Source of the DNA: Macrostomum lignano
Taxonomy: Eukaryota
Direction: 5' to 3'
DNA: 64,000 bases
Assembly: GCA_002269645.1 (NCBI GenBank)
Contig: NIVC01000225.1
Span: 694,286-758,285 of the forward strand
Part shown: positions 1 to 12,367 of the stretch, in pieces
How the letters are laid out: every line of letters begins with the position of its first letter
Position numbering within the stretch: position 1 is the stretch's first letter
Program-made: the position numbers and the translations under genes
Notes under the pieces: model-generated
What the model saw: only the letters and a program-made list of their open reading frames with translations
Told to the model about the DNA's origin: nothing
Database searches by the model: none

Positions 1-2
1 AG

Positions 3-146
3 TCTGTGAACAGCTGGTCAGCCTGGAAACTACAAACCGAATTCGAGAACTTTGCTGGCCAGTGGGGAACAGGAATTGGAGACTTTTACTATGAGGCCTT
101 CGACGTGCAAGGAGTTCTGTGCGAGTGCCTGTCGCCGTTCGACTGA
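3..146 (+). CDS. 3' end of a gene truncated by the window edge (unknown product)
   Basis: The frame starting at nt 3 reads SVNSWSAWKLQTEFENFAGQWGTGIGDFYYEAFDVQGVLCECLSPFD* (TGA 144-146). It has exon-like GC content and is followed at once by a tandem repeat. It is not in the ORF track because it has no start codon. Confidence 0.5.
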   Translation, partial: SVNSWSAWKLQTEFENFAGQWGTGIGDFYYEAFDVQGVLCECLSPFD

Positions 147-164
147 GTTGACCCGAAGCATTGA

Positions 165-570
165 GCCTGAGCATAGGGTGACAGGGTCTGAGCATAGGGT
201 CTGAGTAAAAGGTCTGAGCATAGGTCTGAGCAAAGGTCTGAGCATAGGGTCTAAAATTTCTCGATTCATCGAGTTATCGATAGATAGCTCAGTAAAACAG
301 CCGCCGAAAGAAGCATAGTAGAAGCTGCTAGAAGCACTTTGGCTTGAGACAGACATGTCGCTGGGAGTCTATATGCATAGGGTCTAAGCATAGGGTCTAA
401 GCACAGGGTCTAAGCATAAGGTGTAAGCATAAGGGTCTAAGCATAGGGTCTAAGCACAGGGTCTAAGCATAAGGGTCTATATTAAGCATAAGGGTCTCCT
501 AAGGGTCTAAGCATAAGGGTCTAAGCATAGGGTCTAAGCATAGGGTCTCAGCATAGGGTCTCAGCACCCG
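165..570. repeat. 13-14 bp tandem repeat (ATAGGGTCT(A/G)AGC), two blocks interrupted by unique sequence
   Basis: Repeated gggtctaagcata / gggtctgagcata visible at ~165-250 and ~380-565. Confidence 0.9.
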
Positions 571-871
571 CATGTAACAATATGCATGTACGAACTACAC
601 TATATTCAGTTTACCGAAGAGGTAATGCAGATTATGAATTACTTACTAGAGGCCTCGCCCTTGATACATATTGCAGTGCCCGTTTTTATCTTCTGTTGTC
701 AGTACGTGCTTGCAATCTTAATTATAGTTTTGTTATTTCTGTCTAATTCATTCTATCCTATTTAACAATTTATTCTTGTTCAAATATTGATGTCTCTCTG
801 TGACAAAAAATTTATAAGAATTGTTTCTAAGTCTAATTTTGAGATTTGAGATTTGAGAATTTGAGAAGTCG

Positions 872-1085
872 ATACATATCGGCTTTGTTTCTGCAATTTT
901 AATATTTTCGATACATATCGGCTTTGTTTCTGCAATTTTAATAGTTTTCGATACATATCGGCTTTGTTTCTGCAGTTTTATTTGTTTTCGATACATATCG
1001 GCTTTCTTTCTGCAATTTTATTTGTTTTCGATACATATCGGCTTTATTTCTGCAGTTTTACATTTTTCGATACATATCGGCTTTC
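872..1085. repeat. ~37-bp tandem repeat (TCGATACATATCGGCTTTGTTTCTGCAATTTT...), about 6 copies
   Basis: Directly visible, immediately 3' of the M6PR-like stop codon. Confidence 0.9.
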
Positions 1086-1100
1086 ACTAGTTAAATACTA

Positions 1101-4100
1101 CTAGATGCTATCGTAGGACTCTCCGCCGCCTCGCCTGCACCTGCCAGCCAGCAGGCGTTTCAGTTCGAGAAAGGTGAAAACTGCGCCATCAGCTGCCAAC
1201 CCGGGCAGTGACATCCAGAACTCCAAATTGGGCACCATCTGGAGCCCGGATCGTTGTCTCGAATAGCGGTTGAACAATATCCCAGCCAGCAAGTAGACGG
1301 TGACCAGACAGAAGAAAATGATAAGTAGTACATCTCCGCCGCTCATGCCTCCTCCGTTTGACCCGTCTGTGGCTGTCGGACAGGCATAGCGGCTTCTCAA
1401 ATCCATAGTTAGCTGGTTGCCGGAGGCGCCCTGCGTGCTCACTGACGACTCTGCTGAGTCTGCAGAGGAAAATTATCAAAACTTTATGCCAAGTTTTATA
1501 CATTCAGACCAGTCGCAAAGAAGGACGCTTGCAATTGCGATTGCTTTCTCTGCACTGTTTCTACCACTGCAGGGGGCTAATTGTAGCCTAGTGGTTGGAG
1601 CGTCGGTCCCACGACTGAAAGGTCGGGAGTTCGATCATCGACCCACTCGGAACTATTTTGTGTCCTTAAGCAAGACACTTAACTCTGCATTGCGTCAGTT
1701 CACCCAGCATTAGCTGGGATAATTGAGGGTGTGTGCGTGGCGACCCCCCCCCCCCCAGTCCTTAGACTGAACAGCCGTACGCAGCCTTAGTCAATTAGCC
1801 TTAGTCAATTAGGGCAGCTGTAGTCAATTATTATTAATAATAATATTAATATATTCTAGCACCAGATTTACGAGAACAATATCCTCGCATTCAGAAGTTC
1901 CGAAAGTCTCAGCTGCAAATTAATCCAAAATGAATGAGAGTCAGACGAGAAAAAAATTAGGGTCAGACTAATAAAGAATGAGAGCTATACAAGTGGATTG
2001 AAATTACTCACTTTTATCGCAAACCAAGTTAACAGTTGTAGTTCGGGTCGAATCTCCACTGAGATAGCGGAGGTACAACTGACTGTTGGTTGGGTCGATA
2101 CCAAACTTGGCAGACTTTTGCGCTCCAAAGTCTGTGTATGTCTGTGTAAATCCGAATGTGAATAGGCAGGTGGCTCATTTGAAATGAACTGAGAAACCCA
2201 CTGAAGACACCTGAAAGGAACTGGGAAGCACGTTGAAGACACACCTGAACTGAACTGGGAAAACTCGCTGAGTACACACCTAACATGAATTAGGACACCC
2301 GCTGAAGACACCCCTGAAGAGAACTGGGGAAACTCGCTGAAGACACCCCTGGAGAGAACTGGGAAACTCGCTGAAGATACCCCTGAAGAGAACTGGGAAA
2401 CTCGCTGAAGACACCTGAAGTGAACTGGGAAACCACCTGAAGACACCCCTGAAGAGAACTGGGAAACTCGCTGAAGACACCCCTGAAGAGAACTGGGAAA
2501 CTCACTGAAGACACCCCTGAAGAGAACTGGGAAACTCACTGAAGACATCCTGAAGAGAACTGGAAAACTCGCTGAAGACACCCCTGAAGAGAACTGGGAA
2601 ACTCACTGAAGACACCTGAAGAGAACTGGGAAACTCGCTGAAGACACCTGAAGAACTGGGAAAGCCGCTGAAGACACCTGAAGAGAACTGGAAACTCGCT
2701 GAAGACACCTGAAGAGAACTGGGAAACCACTGAAGACACCTGAAAGAACTGGGAAGCACGCTGAAGACACACCTGAAAAGAACTGGGAAGCACGCTGAAG
2801 ACGCACCTGAAGTGAACTGGGAAACCACCTGAAGATACACCTGAAGAGAACTGGAAAACTCGCTGAAGACACCCCTGAAGAGAACTGGGAAACCAGCTGA
2901 AGACACACCTGAAGAGAACTGGGAAGCACGCTGAAGACACCTGAAGTGAACTGGGAAACCACCTGAAGATACACCTGAAGAGAACTGGAAAACTCGCTGA
3001 AGACACCCCTGAAGAGAACTGGGAAACCAGCTGAAGACACACCTGAAGAGAACTGGGAAGCACGCTGAAGACACGTGAAGTGAACTGGGAAACCACCTGA
3101 AGATACACCTGAAGAGAACTGGGAAACTCGCTGAAGACACCCCTGAAGAGAACTGGGAAACTCACTGAAGACACGTGAAGTGAACTGGGAAACCACCTGA
3201 AGATACACCTGAAGAGAACTGGGAAACTCGCTGAAGACACCCCTGAAGAGAACTGGGAAACTCACTGAAGACACCCCTGAAGAGAACTGGGAAACTCACT
3301 GAAGACATCCCTGAAGAGAACTGGAAAACTCGCTGAAGACACCCCTGAAGAGAACTGGGAAACTCACTGAAGACATCCCTGAAGAGAACTGGGAAACTCG
3401 CTGAAGACACACCTGAAGAGAACTGGGAAACCCGCTGAAGACACCTAAAGTGAACTGGGAAACCACCTGAAGACACACCTGAAGAGAACTGGGAAGCACG
3501 CTGAAGACACACCTGAAAAGAACTGGGAAGCACGCTGAAGACGCACCTGAAGAGAACTGGGAAACCCGCTGAAGACACCTGAAGTGAACTGGGAAACCAC
3601 CTGAAGACACCTGAAGAGAACTGGGAAACCCGCTGAACACACCTGAAGAGAACTTGGGAAACCCGCTGAAGACACCTGAAGTGAACTGGGAAACCACCTG
3701 AAGACACACCTGAAGAGAACTGGGAAACCCGCTGAACACACCTGAAGAGAACTTGGGAAACCCGCTGAAGACACCTGAAGTGAACTGGGAAACCACCTGA
3801 AGACACACCTGAAGAGAACTGGGAAACTCGCTGAAGACACCCCTGAAGAGAACTGGGAAACTCGCTGAAGACATCCCTGAAGAGAACTGGGAAACTCGCT
3901 GAAGACAACCCTGAAGAGAACTGGGAAACTCGCTGAAGACACCTCTGAAGAGAACTGGGAAACTCGCTGAAGATACACTTGAACCGAACCGGGAAACCAG
4001 CTGAAAACACCCCTGAAGAGAACTGGGAAACTCGCTGAAGACATCCCTGAAGAGAACTGGGAAACTCGCTGAAGACAACCCTGAAGAGAACTGGGAAACT

Positions 4101-4770
4101 CGCTGAAGACACCTCTGAAGAGAACTGGGAAACTCGCTGAAGATACACTTGAACCGAACCGGGAAACCAGCTGAAAACACCCCTGAAGAGAACTGGGAAA
4201 CTCGCTGAAGACACCCCTGAAGAGAACTGGGGAAACTCGCTGAAGACACCCCTGAAGAGAACTGGGAAACTCGCTGAAGATACACTTGAACCGAACTGGG
4301 AAACCAGCTGAAGACACACCTGAAGAGAACTGGGGAAACTCGCTGAAGACACCCCTGAAGAGAACTGGGAAACTCGCTGAAGATACACTTGAACCGAACT
4401 GGGAAACCACCTGAAGATACACCCTAACCATAAAGCAAGGATTTTCACTCACATAGATAATGCGAAGCATTTCCTGGCAAACTGCGGCATCAGTTTGGCC
4501 AGAGCCGCACTGGAACGGCAGGCAGGGATTAAACTGATAAGTATACCCATCTGCCGCTTTATAGTTAAACGCCGGACCAGGTGTTGACTGTAGCGGTGAC
4601 AAATCAATAAACTGGCCGTCCGTGAGTCGACACGAGCAACTGCTGAGCTGCTCAGCGCACACCGCCGCAGCTGCCGATACTGTTGGCGGCGAGGCCTTTG
4701 ATGTGGCTGTAATTAATACTGCCATCAACTGCGTAGCCAGTAGGCGCAGGTTGAAATATAAAGGATTCAT
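1101..4770 (-). CDS. Cation-dependent mannose-6-phosphate receptor-like (MRH-domain) type I membrane protein, about 268 aa, 3 exons
   Basis: Exons 4770-4453, 2141-2012 and 1459-1101 are GT-AG and phase-compatible (0,1). The product has a hydrophobic N-terminus, then C-x-C..G..IDLSPL..Y.FNPC..F.C, T.V.L.C and SRYACP. The TM region is MSGGDVLLIIFFCLVTVYLLAGILFNRY, the tail has the P-type-lectin-family motif PNLEFW..LPGL..DG, and it ends in a YxxPhi motif (YDSI). Confidence 0.85.
1572..1850 (+). mobile_element. tRNA-derived CORE-type SINE, antisense within intron 2 of the M6PR-like gene
   Basis: A-box TAGCCTAGTGG (~1584) and B-box GAGTTCGATC (~1627). GTGTCCTTAAGCAAGACACTTAACTC resembles the CORE domain (GTGACCTTGGGCAAGTCACTTAAC). 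The 3' tail is CCTTAGTCAATTAG repeats and (TTA)n. Confidence 0.75.
2190..4420. repeat. ~34-bp minisatellite (CCCCTGAAGAGAACTGGGAAACTCGCTGAAGACA), about 65 copies, filling M6PR-like intron 1
   Basis: Directly visible. It includes a 170-bp (5-unit) higher-order duplication (3901 vs 4071; 3971 vs 4141). Confidence 0.97.
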
Positions 4771-5159
4771 GACTATCAAATACAGTATGTCGTCACCTTT
4801 GAATGCCCAACCATTTAAATGGACTTGGCCCTTAATCAGTTCATTTTAAATCTCATGCCAGATAAGAATTTGGCTAATATATTTATTTACCTGTGCTAAC
4901 TTGTACAGAGCCAGAGCGCGGACAAGGTACAAGTAAACTTTCAGTGTACAGTATCGATAAAATGTGCGTCATGCAGGTGCATGCATGCAGTAGATGAGCC
5001 TCCCTTTAGCAATCTATTAATATAGCATTTTCTGCCGAACCTTGCACACTCATCTGATTTACATGTACATCATTCTGAACAAGTATATTTTACTGCACAC
5101 CGGATGTGAGCTTCTAGGTTTACCTTGCAAACCATTTTCCATGCTGAGGACCTCAAACA

Positions 5160-5530
5160 TCTGGTCTACCTTAGAACCCAAACCTTAAGCACCTGGTCTA
5201 CCTTAGAACCCAAACCTTAAACACCTGGTCTATCTTAGAACCCAAACCTTAAGCACCTGGTCTACCTTAGAACCCAAACCTTAAACACCTGGTCTACCTT
5301 AGAACCCAAACCTTAAGCACCTGGTCTACCTTAGAACCCAAACCTTAAGCACCTGGTCTATCTTAGAACCCAAACCTTAAGCACCTGGTCTACCTTAGAA
5401 CCCAAACCTTAAGCACCTGGTCTACCTTAGAACCCAAACCTTAAGCAACTGGTCTACCTTAGAACCCGAACCTTAAGCACCTGGTCTACCTTAGAACCCG
5501 AACCTTAAGCACCTGGTTCACTTTGGAACC
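5160..5530. repeat. 32-bp minisatellite (CTGGTCTACCTTAGAACCCAAACCTTAAGCAC), about 11 copies
   Basis: Period 32 (5161, 5193, ...). Confidence 0.97.
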
Positions 5531-6604
5531 TAGGTCAGTTCCGAATAACTATTTTAAATATTCAATATTCCGAAGTCCTCATAAAATGATACACGGGTAC
5601 TCGTATGATTAAAAACTAACACGCAAAACATAGATTAGCCAGCCATATATAACAATTAGGATTTTTCGAACTTATTGAGTCATCAATAAAACAGGAATTA
5701 TTTATTCATTGATTAGAAAACATAATAAATAAATTTATTAAATATACTTCATTCTCTGATATTAGCAACGAATTATAGGTAAAACTGGGTGGAATAGGCT
5801 TGAAAATCTTTCTTTAAAAAAGCACTGTGTAATGCGACAACGCACCGAAAAGACTTAGAAAAACTGAGATTTTTTCTGTTGCCCACAAAGTACATGTAGA
5901 CTATGACATACCGACAGATAGACATGCTAGAGAGTCAGCGCATTGTTGATATTGAAGCAGGGCGGCGGCGGCGGGGGCGGCGCAGGAAAGAGACGCGTTA
6001 AAACAAACGATATTTTCTAAGAAACCCAAAACCGAACTGATATATTCTATTTAATATTAATTTATTTAAAACAATCATTTTCTTATTAACCAATGCAGCA
6101 TGATCGACAAATACTACTCGAAAAACATTGTAAAACTAGCAATTCAGTAGCAATATTAGAAAATCAGATGATGAAAGCCAAAAGAAAAATTATTTATTGG
6201 GCAAATCTGGCGAAGCTACTTAAGCAGAACTTCGAGAAAAATTGCAGATCAGGCAAATCACTTAAACGAAATTTATAGTGTGCAAAAATATTCAGCAGCA
6301 CGTTTTCAGTGCAAAATTGAAGTTCAATAATCATTACTTTGGTTATATTATATGCATAAAATAACATGCAATCAGAATTGGGAATCAATAGGGCAGGACA
6401 GCACCTGGACACGGTTTTAGTGAATACAAACTAGCTAATTAATTATGCGTAGCAAAATTACTCGGATAATTAACTGTCGAAATGAAATAAAAAATATTTA
6501 CGAACAGCTTTAATAGTTTGATAAGCAAATTTATCCGTATTGAAAACTCAATTAAGATATGATTTTAATTTTAGCACAGTGGCATTTGACGTTCACAGAT
6601 ACTG

Positions 6605-7005
6605 GAATAACTAGATTGGCCACTCAGCACATTTGCGTGTAAGCTACTTTCAGTTCAGTAGTAAGTTAAACAGAAGCATTTTATTGTCTTTTTAAAGCCA
6701 AGGCTCATTTATTGGCTCTACCACCCCCAGCCCAGCTTAAACCCTCCAACCGCGCCTTTCCACTCTACCCCCCGCCCCGCCGGCTCCAATTTTATTGCCT
6801 TTCTCGGAATTCCAGCCTAAAGCTGCCATGTACATTTCAGTGGACTGGCCAATGTACATTATTGCTGAACCAATTAGAAAGCTGTTTACGCCTGGAAGGT
6901 TGGGCTTCTAAACTTATCAAATTCATTACAACTGCCTTTATTTTTATAAAATAACTTTATTCTTTCTTTGCTACTGAACTACTGAAAGTAGAAAGCTGTT
7001 TTACT
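6605..7005 (+). mobile_element. ~400-bp non-autonomous dispersed repeat (MITE- or Helitron-like), copy 1
   Basis: Reverse-complement homologous along its length to 52593-53016. It has a subterminal inverted repeat, TACTTTCAGTTCAGTAG (~6645) vs CTACTGAAC..TGAAAGTA (~6971). No coding capacity is evident. Confidence 0.8.
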
Positions 7006-7276
7006 AAGCATACATGCCCGAGCGGCCCATCTAGTTATTTTAAAACCTGTGTTTCTGACAGGAGGTTTTAAGCAAGAATTGTTCAGTCTGATTCTAGGAA
7101 AACGTTTTGAAGGCTGGATTTGATGTCTTTCTCATTAATTTAAGCATAAATTTCTTAATGTGAATTAAAAGTTAAATTTCCAGCCTTCAATACGTGTTTT
7201 TTCGCACAAATTAAAACAAAAAACTGTTCACTTTAATTTCAATATAATAACCGACTGCAGCCGCTGCACATCACTG

Positions 7277-10200
7277 CTAGAGATCGCCGAAGTCGGTCGC
7301 GCCCGCCAGGTGTGCAGGCGGCGAGCAGACAAACGGGGCGGTGGAATTCGACGACTGTTGAAAGGTATCAACAATGCTGATCAAGGTAGTCAGGGTGCCA
7401 ATAACAAAGCCCATCAGGCCGAAGGACACGATGAACAGGTTCTTAGCGTGAGAGCAGGCGGAATTCCGGCTAGACGATGAGGCCGAAGATGAGCCTGGTT
7501 CGTCTGTTACGTTGTAATCGTCGGATTCTGTAAACAATGGGGGTTTGGCGTGCAATATTCGCAAGAGGGCTGTGGGGCCTTCAGCGACATGATCCCACAA
7601 CCACACAGCGCTAAGGTTATTCTGCACATTCTGCTGACTCGTGAGCACATTCAACATACATTCGGAACACCCGGCCGGTTCGGCCGGCTGGCGAAGGGGC
7701 CAGCCAAGGTTAAGTCGCAAAAATGTCCGCCCGATAAAACATAACAAATATGCACTAATTACTAATTAGATGACGAGGCATTTAGCTTTTAGAACTACAG
7801 TTATGTTACTCCTGCCGTTTACCCAAAACTTTAGGTAAGGTTTTGCTTAGTTTTTTCATTGGTAGCTAAGCTGCATTTTTGATAGCAAAGTAAGTTGCAC
7901 GGCCGGTATAAATCAGAGGGGGAGTTGCGCATGCAACAAGCCACAAATGAAAGTGTTTGAGCAGCATGGAATCGAACCAGGATGTCGTGTGGCGCGAGAG
8001 TCTAGCCATAAAATCTCATTACAGAGTAATTAACAATCGGTAATAGAAATTAATCAATCAAATGTATAATAAAGTACTTTTAAAAGTACATTTAGATCTG
8101 GCGTCTCAGAATCACTCACCTACAATGGGGCCGCTAAACACCATGTAATCAATGATAGGCGGAAAGATCAAAGCCAGACAAGAGCTGCTGAATGCGCCAA
8201 TGAGAGCAATCATTAAATCCAGGTGAGGCACAACAACGGCGGCCGCGAAGGTGAACAGCACCAGGCCGATCCTGATGGCGGCTTCGGCAACTTGCCGACG
8301 CCATGGGCCGAAAATTCGAGCGTTGGCCCAGCCGACAATGATAACAGCCGGCACGTAGAACTGCAGCCCGTAGGAGATGTACAGCGAAGCGGCAAACAGC
8401 GGCCTGATGAGCTGGTAGACCCACAACTTGTCATTAATCGTATAGGTGATGGAGCCTTGCACGCTTTCGTTGAATTTCAAATAGCCGTAGAATCCAACAG
8501 CAGTGTAGGAGCACGTCACAATGGTCATGCCCAGCTGTAGTACGCCGGTAAAGCCGCCAAACTCCTCCGGCCTGTGCATACGGGACTCGATTGGCAATAC
8601 TAGCGAAATGCCTTCGAATGCGAATATAATTAAACCGAATGCTATTGGCCACAGATTGACCGGCTTTATTAACGCGTATTCTCTGTAGTCTGGCAGATCC
8701 TGTATAAATAATAAGATCAATTAATTTAATTAAGCTATTAACGCATCAAACACTTCGAAAGATACGAATATGCGATTAGCTGTAGCGTGGTTGATAATAA
8801 TGACACACTGTATGTAGCTAAAAAAAGTAACAAGGGCGTGAGGATGGGCAATACAGCACGGGTGGGGTAGAGATTTTAAATTGTCCGACTAATGTACATA
8901 TGCTTGAGCGGAGGATAATGTACATTGCAGGCTTGGAGCCCGGGGAACGTGACACGATGGGCAATAAAATAGGGGCAGAGAATTCACAATCTAACGACTA
9001 GTGTAGCTCGTACATAGGCTAGCGTGACCGGTAATGTACATTAAGGACGCAGCAGCTGAAACCCCCCCCCAGTCTATGCCCAGGGGCCATAAAATTTAGT
9101 TGTAGAAAAAGTAGCGGAGCTTGCGTTAGTAGATAAAGTAATAACAAAAGTAGGAAGCCATACAAAAAAGTATCCTATTGTATTGTATCAAACAAAACTA
9201 CTGAGTTAAGTAACCTATTACTAGTAGTAGCATATTTATTGTTCGACCCAATATTAAACAGACAAACTTGCCATCAAGTAGACATGCGATTAAATAATGA
9301 CATTAGAAATGCAAATCAAACGTGAAATCATATTTAGCTTAGCTTATAAAATTAAATGTTAGAATACGAGCTGCTTAATAAGAGTATTAATGTCTAACGT
9401 GAGTAGATATTAATAGATTAGTAATAAAAATATAAAGACAATCGCGAAATTAGAAACGAAAAATCTGAATCATAGAGAGGAAAGCAACAAACAAAAACTG
9501 AAACAAGTAGATAAACACGGAGGCAAAAAACACAGCCACAATTCTGACCTGCAAGCAGTAGGTAAATACGAGGACCAATCCAATAGCGGTCATCACATTA
9601 GCCAGCATTGAGAAGTAGCTCAGCAGTCTAAGATTCCGAACGAACACGTAGGGCAGAAGGCAGACCATCACCAGAACCTTATAGATATTTACATCCCAAT
9701 TAGAGGAGCCCGGCTGCAGGTTGCAGTCGACTAGCTGGTGCAAATTATCCGACACGAACAGGATGTACACGCAGCAGAATCCAATTTGCGTTATCAATAA
9801 TGAAACGTTCACGAATGACCTGAATGCGCCCGAGTTTAGTGGCGTTAGAACAATAATTGAAAACGCATGTAGTTAATAACACCATATGAGCATATATATG
9901 GCACGGTTAGGGGTAGCCCGGCTCAAAGTCCTTCGTGGGTTAAGCTGCTAGACAAATAGCAAAATTACAGCAAACTTAAAATGCTACCAATGAACCATTA
10001 CACAATTGCCTTAGTAGTTTTCCTGGACTCTACTTCAGTACCTGTCTTGGAGTCTACCTCAGTACCTGTCTTGGAGTCTGCCTCAGTACCTGTCTTGGAG
10101 TCTTCCTCAGTACCTGTCTTGGAGTCTGCCTCAGTACCTGTCTTGGAGTCTGCCTCAGTACCTGTCTTGGAGTCTGCCTCAGTACCTGTCTTGGAGTCGA

Positions 10201-11789
10201 TCTCAGTACCTGTCTTGTAGTCTGTCTTAGTACCTGTCTTGGAGTCTACCTCAGTAAGTACCTGTCTTACATGTCTTGGAGTTCTGTCTTAGTACCTGTC
10301 TTGGAGTCTGCCTCAGTACCTGTCTTCGAGTCTGCCTCAGCACCTGTCTGAAAGTCTACCTCAGTACTTGTCTTGGATTCCACCCTATGCGCTATGAAAA
10401 ATTCAGCAAACAAATATTTGTATCTCCTAACGATAAACATATTTGTGGTGATGAAATTCTGAAATATTATTAATATGATAGTGAGATAGTCTCAAGTAAC
10501 CACTCGTAACTATCAACTCGTAACTGGGTAACAAGCCAAAATAAAAAAACGGAAAAGTAAACTGATACCCAATTTGTCCTAATAAAAGTCTTAACCATGC
10601 TTAAAAGTCTTAACGATGACAGTGCAGTGACCAGTCTAAAATAAACAACTTGGCAATTAATTATTACTGAACAATTCTACAGAATTTTCTTAGAAATAAG
10701 TCAAAACGATCATTAAAAAACTCACTTAAGAACATTTGCTAGTTTATCCCGGCCAGGAAATCGTTGCAAAGTTGCTTCGTACATTACTTGCGAGTAGTCT
10801 AAGTAGGACACGCGTTTGCTAAAAACGATAACAAATAAAAATTGGTTACCAGACAAGTCGAAGAAAGCGCACTAAGAAGAAGAGGCTTACATTCGACGCA
10901 AGTACTGAGCAGACCGCACCAACAAATGCATGCTGTGGGTGGCAATGCAACCTATGGCGAGTATTGTCAATGGCCCGAGCTGCAAATTTGATAATAAATC
11001 ATTATTAAACGGATGAATCATAATATTCCCTAAATATAATATAAACCTATAGTAGAACTTACTAAAAAGCCAAGATTTTTAACAGCCACGGGCATGGCAA
11101 GTATTCCAGTGCCCAGGTTGCCTTTCAGAACGTTCATTAGGCTCGACATGTTGCTGAAATATAATCATATAAATATTATCATATACAAGGTAGATCTGAG
11201 TTAGGGTAAATAGGGTCTGGGTTAGGGTAAAAGGGTCTGGATTAGGGTAATAGGGTCTGGGCAAGGGTAAATAGGGTCTGGGCTAGGGTAAATAGGGTCT
11301 GGGCTAGGGTAAATAGGGTCTGGGCTAGGGTAAATAGGGTCTGGGCTAGGGTAAATAGGGTCTGGGCTAGGGTAAATAGGGTCTGGGCTAGGGTAAATAG
11401 GGTCTGGGTTAGGGTAAATAGGGTCTGGGCTAGGGTAAATAGGGTCTGGGCTAGGGTAAATAGGGTCTGGGCTAGGGTAAATAGGGTCGTGGGCTAGGGT
11501 AAAAGGGTTTGGGTTGGGATTTCATATTTTTATATCAAATGAAAATTTGACATTGCAGATCTAAACCCTGCTTAGCTATGTTTAGACAATAAAATAATCG
11601 ATTTTTATTTGATAAGAAAGCAACGTACGAATTTCTAGAATTGTCCAATCCATGCGGGTCGGACGCTTCTAGGCTGTCGTTATTAATAGACTGACTCATA
11701 GCGTTGGGCCTGTCGTCCTGATAGGCCCATTCTGGTCCGTCCTCGCCATTGTCTGGCTGACCCGTCAGCAGGGCTGAACGCTCAGACAT
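7277..11789 (-). CDS. SLC36A: Proton-coupled amino acid transporter (SLC36/PAT, AAAP family), about 511 aa, 7 exons
   Basis: Exons 11789-11629, 11153-11063, 10979-10891, 10818-10726, 9819-9549, 8699-8120 and 7527-7277 are all GT-AG and phase-compatible. Motifs: LKGNLGTGILAMP, LDY, Q.GFCCVY.LF..DNL, FAFEGISLVLPIE..M..P, GFYGYLKF...VQGSITY, SYGLQFYVP, LIGAFSSSCLALIFPP. Confidence 0.95.
10030..10375. repeat. 24-bp minisatellite (CTGCCTCAGTACCTGTCTTGGAGT) in SLC36 intron 4
   Basis: Directly visible. Confidence 0.95.
11198..11519. repeat. 21-bp G-rich minisatellite (GGGCTAGGGTAAATAGGGTCT), about 15 copies, in SLC36 intron 1
   Basis: Directly visible. There are three GGG tracts per unit, with TTAGGG/CTAGGG variants. 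Confidence 0.97.
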
Positions 11790-12367
11790 GCTTCCTTCTT
11801 CGTCGCGCGACCGCAAACTCGTGACTACTAGGAATTTGTTAATGAGACTTTTTGGCTCGTAGACGCAGCATGAGTAAGAGAGGAAAAGGGTGTTCTGTAC
11901 TTGCACTTTTCGTCCTTTCGTCCCCGCGCGTGGCTAGTTAATGTTCATTCGTTTATTATCTAATAAGGTAGCTATTTTTAGAACGTACAGTCCAAGGCGG
12001 GGATTCCCGCGAGGGAAATTCCAATAAAACCTAGCTTGACACTTAAAACATTGAAAAGATTGTCTACACTGTAAAATAAAAACGAATACAGCAAAGTTAA
12101 TTACTAAGGTTTGTAATTGGCCTGTAAAATCACTAATACGGCACCGATTTTATTTACAAAAGATGAAATTAAAATCATTTTAATATTGAGTTACAATAAA
12201 TAAAGAATGACTTTATTAAAACTGGGCGGAGTTTTTATGCTAAGCTACTTAGTAAGTAGTATGAAACTAGAATTTTCTCACACCCGTTGCACTTAAGCTT
12301 GTAAAAATGGTCCAGTATCAGAAATTTCGAGCTTTTGAAAAGCCAAGTGAAAAATCTGAATTTAAAT

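Noticed and set aside
1985-4448. Many long minus-strand ORFs (SFPVLFRGVFSEFPSSLQ..., up to 444 aa)
   Set aside because: They are translations of the 34-bp minisatellite inside M6PR-like intron 1. The real exon ends at the GTGAGT donor at 4452.
7955-8015. tRNA-like sequence on the minus strand (GGTTCGATTCC B-box)
   Set aside because: There is no intact cloverleaf or A-box. At most it is a decayed tRNA-SINE head.
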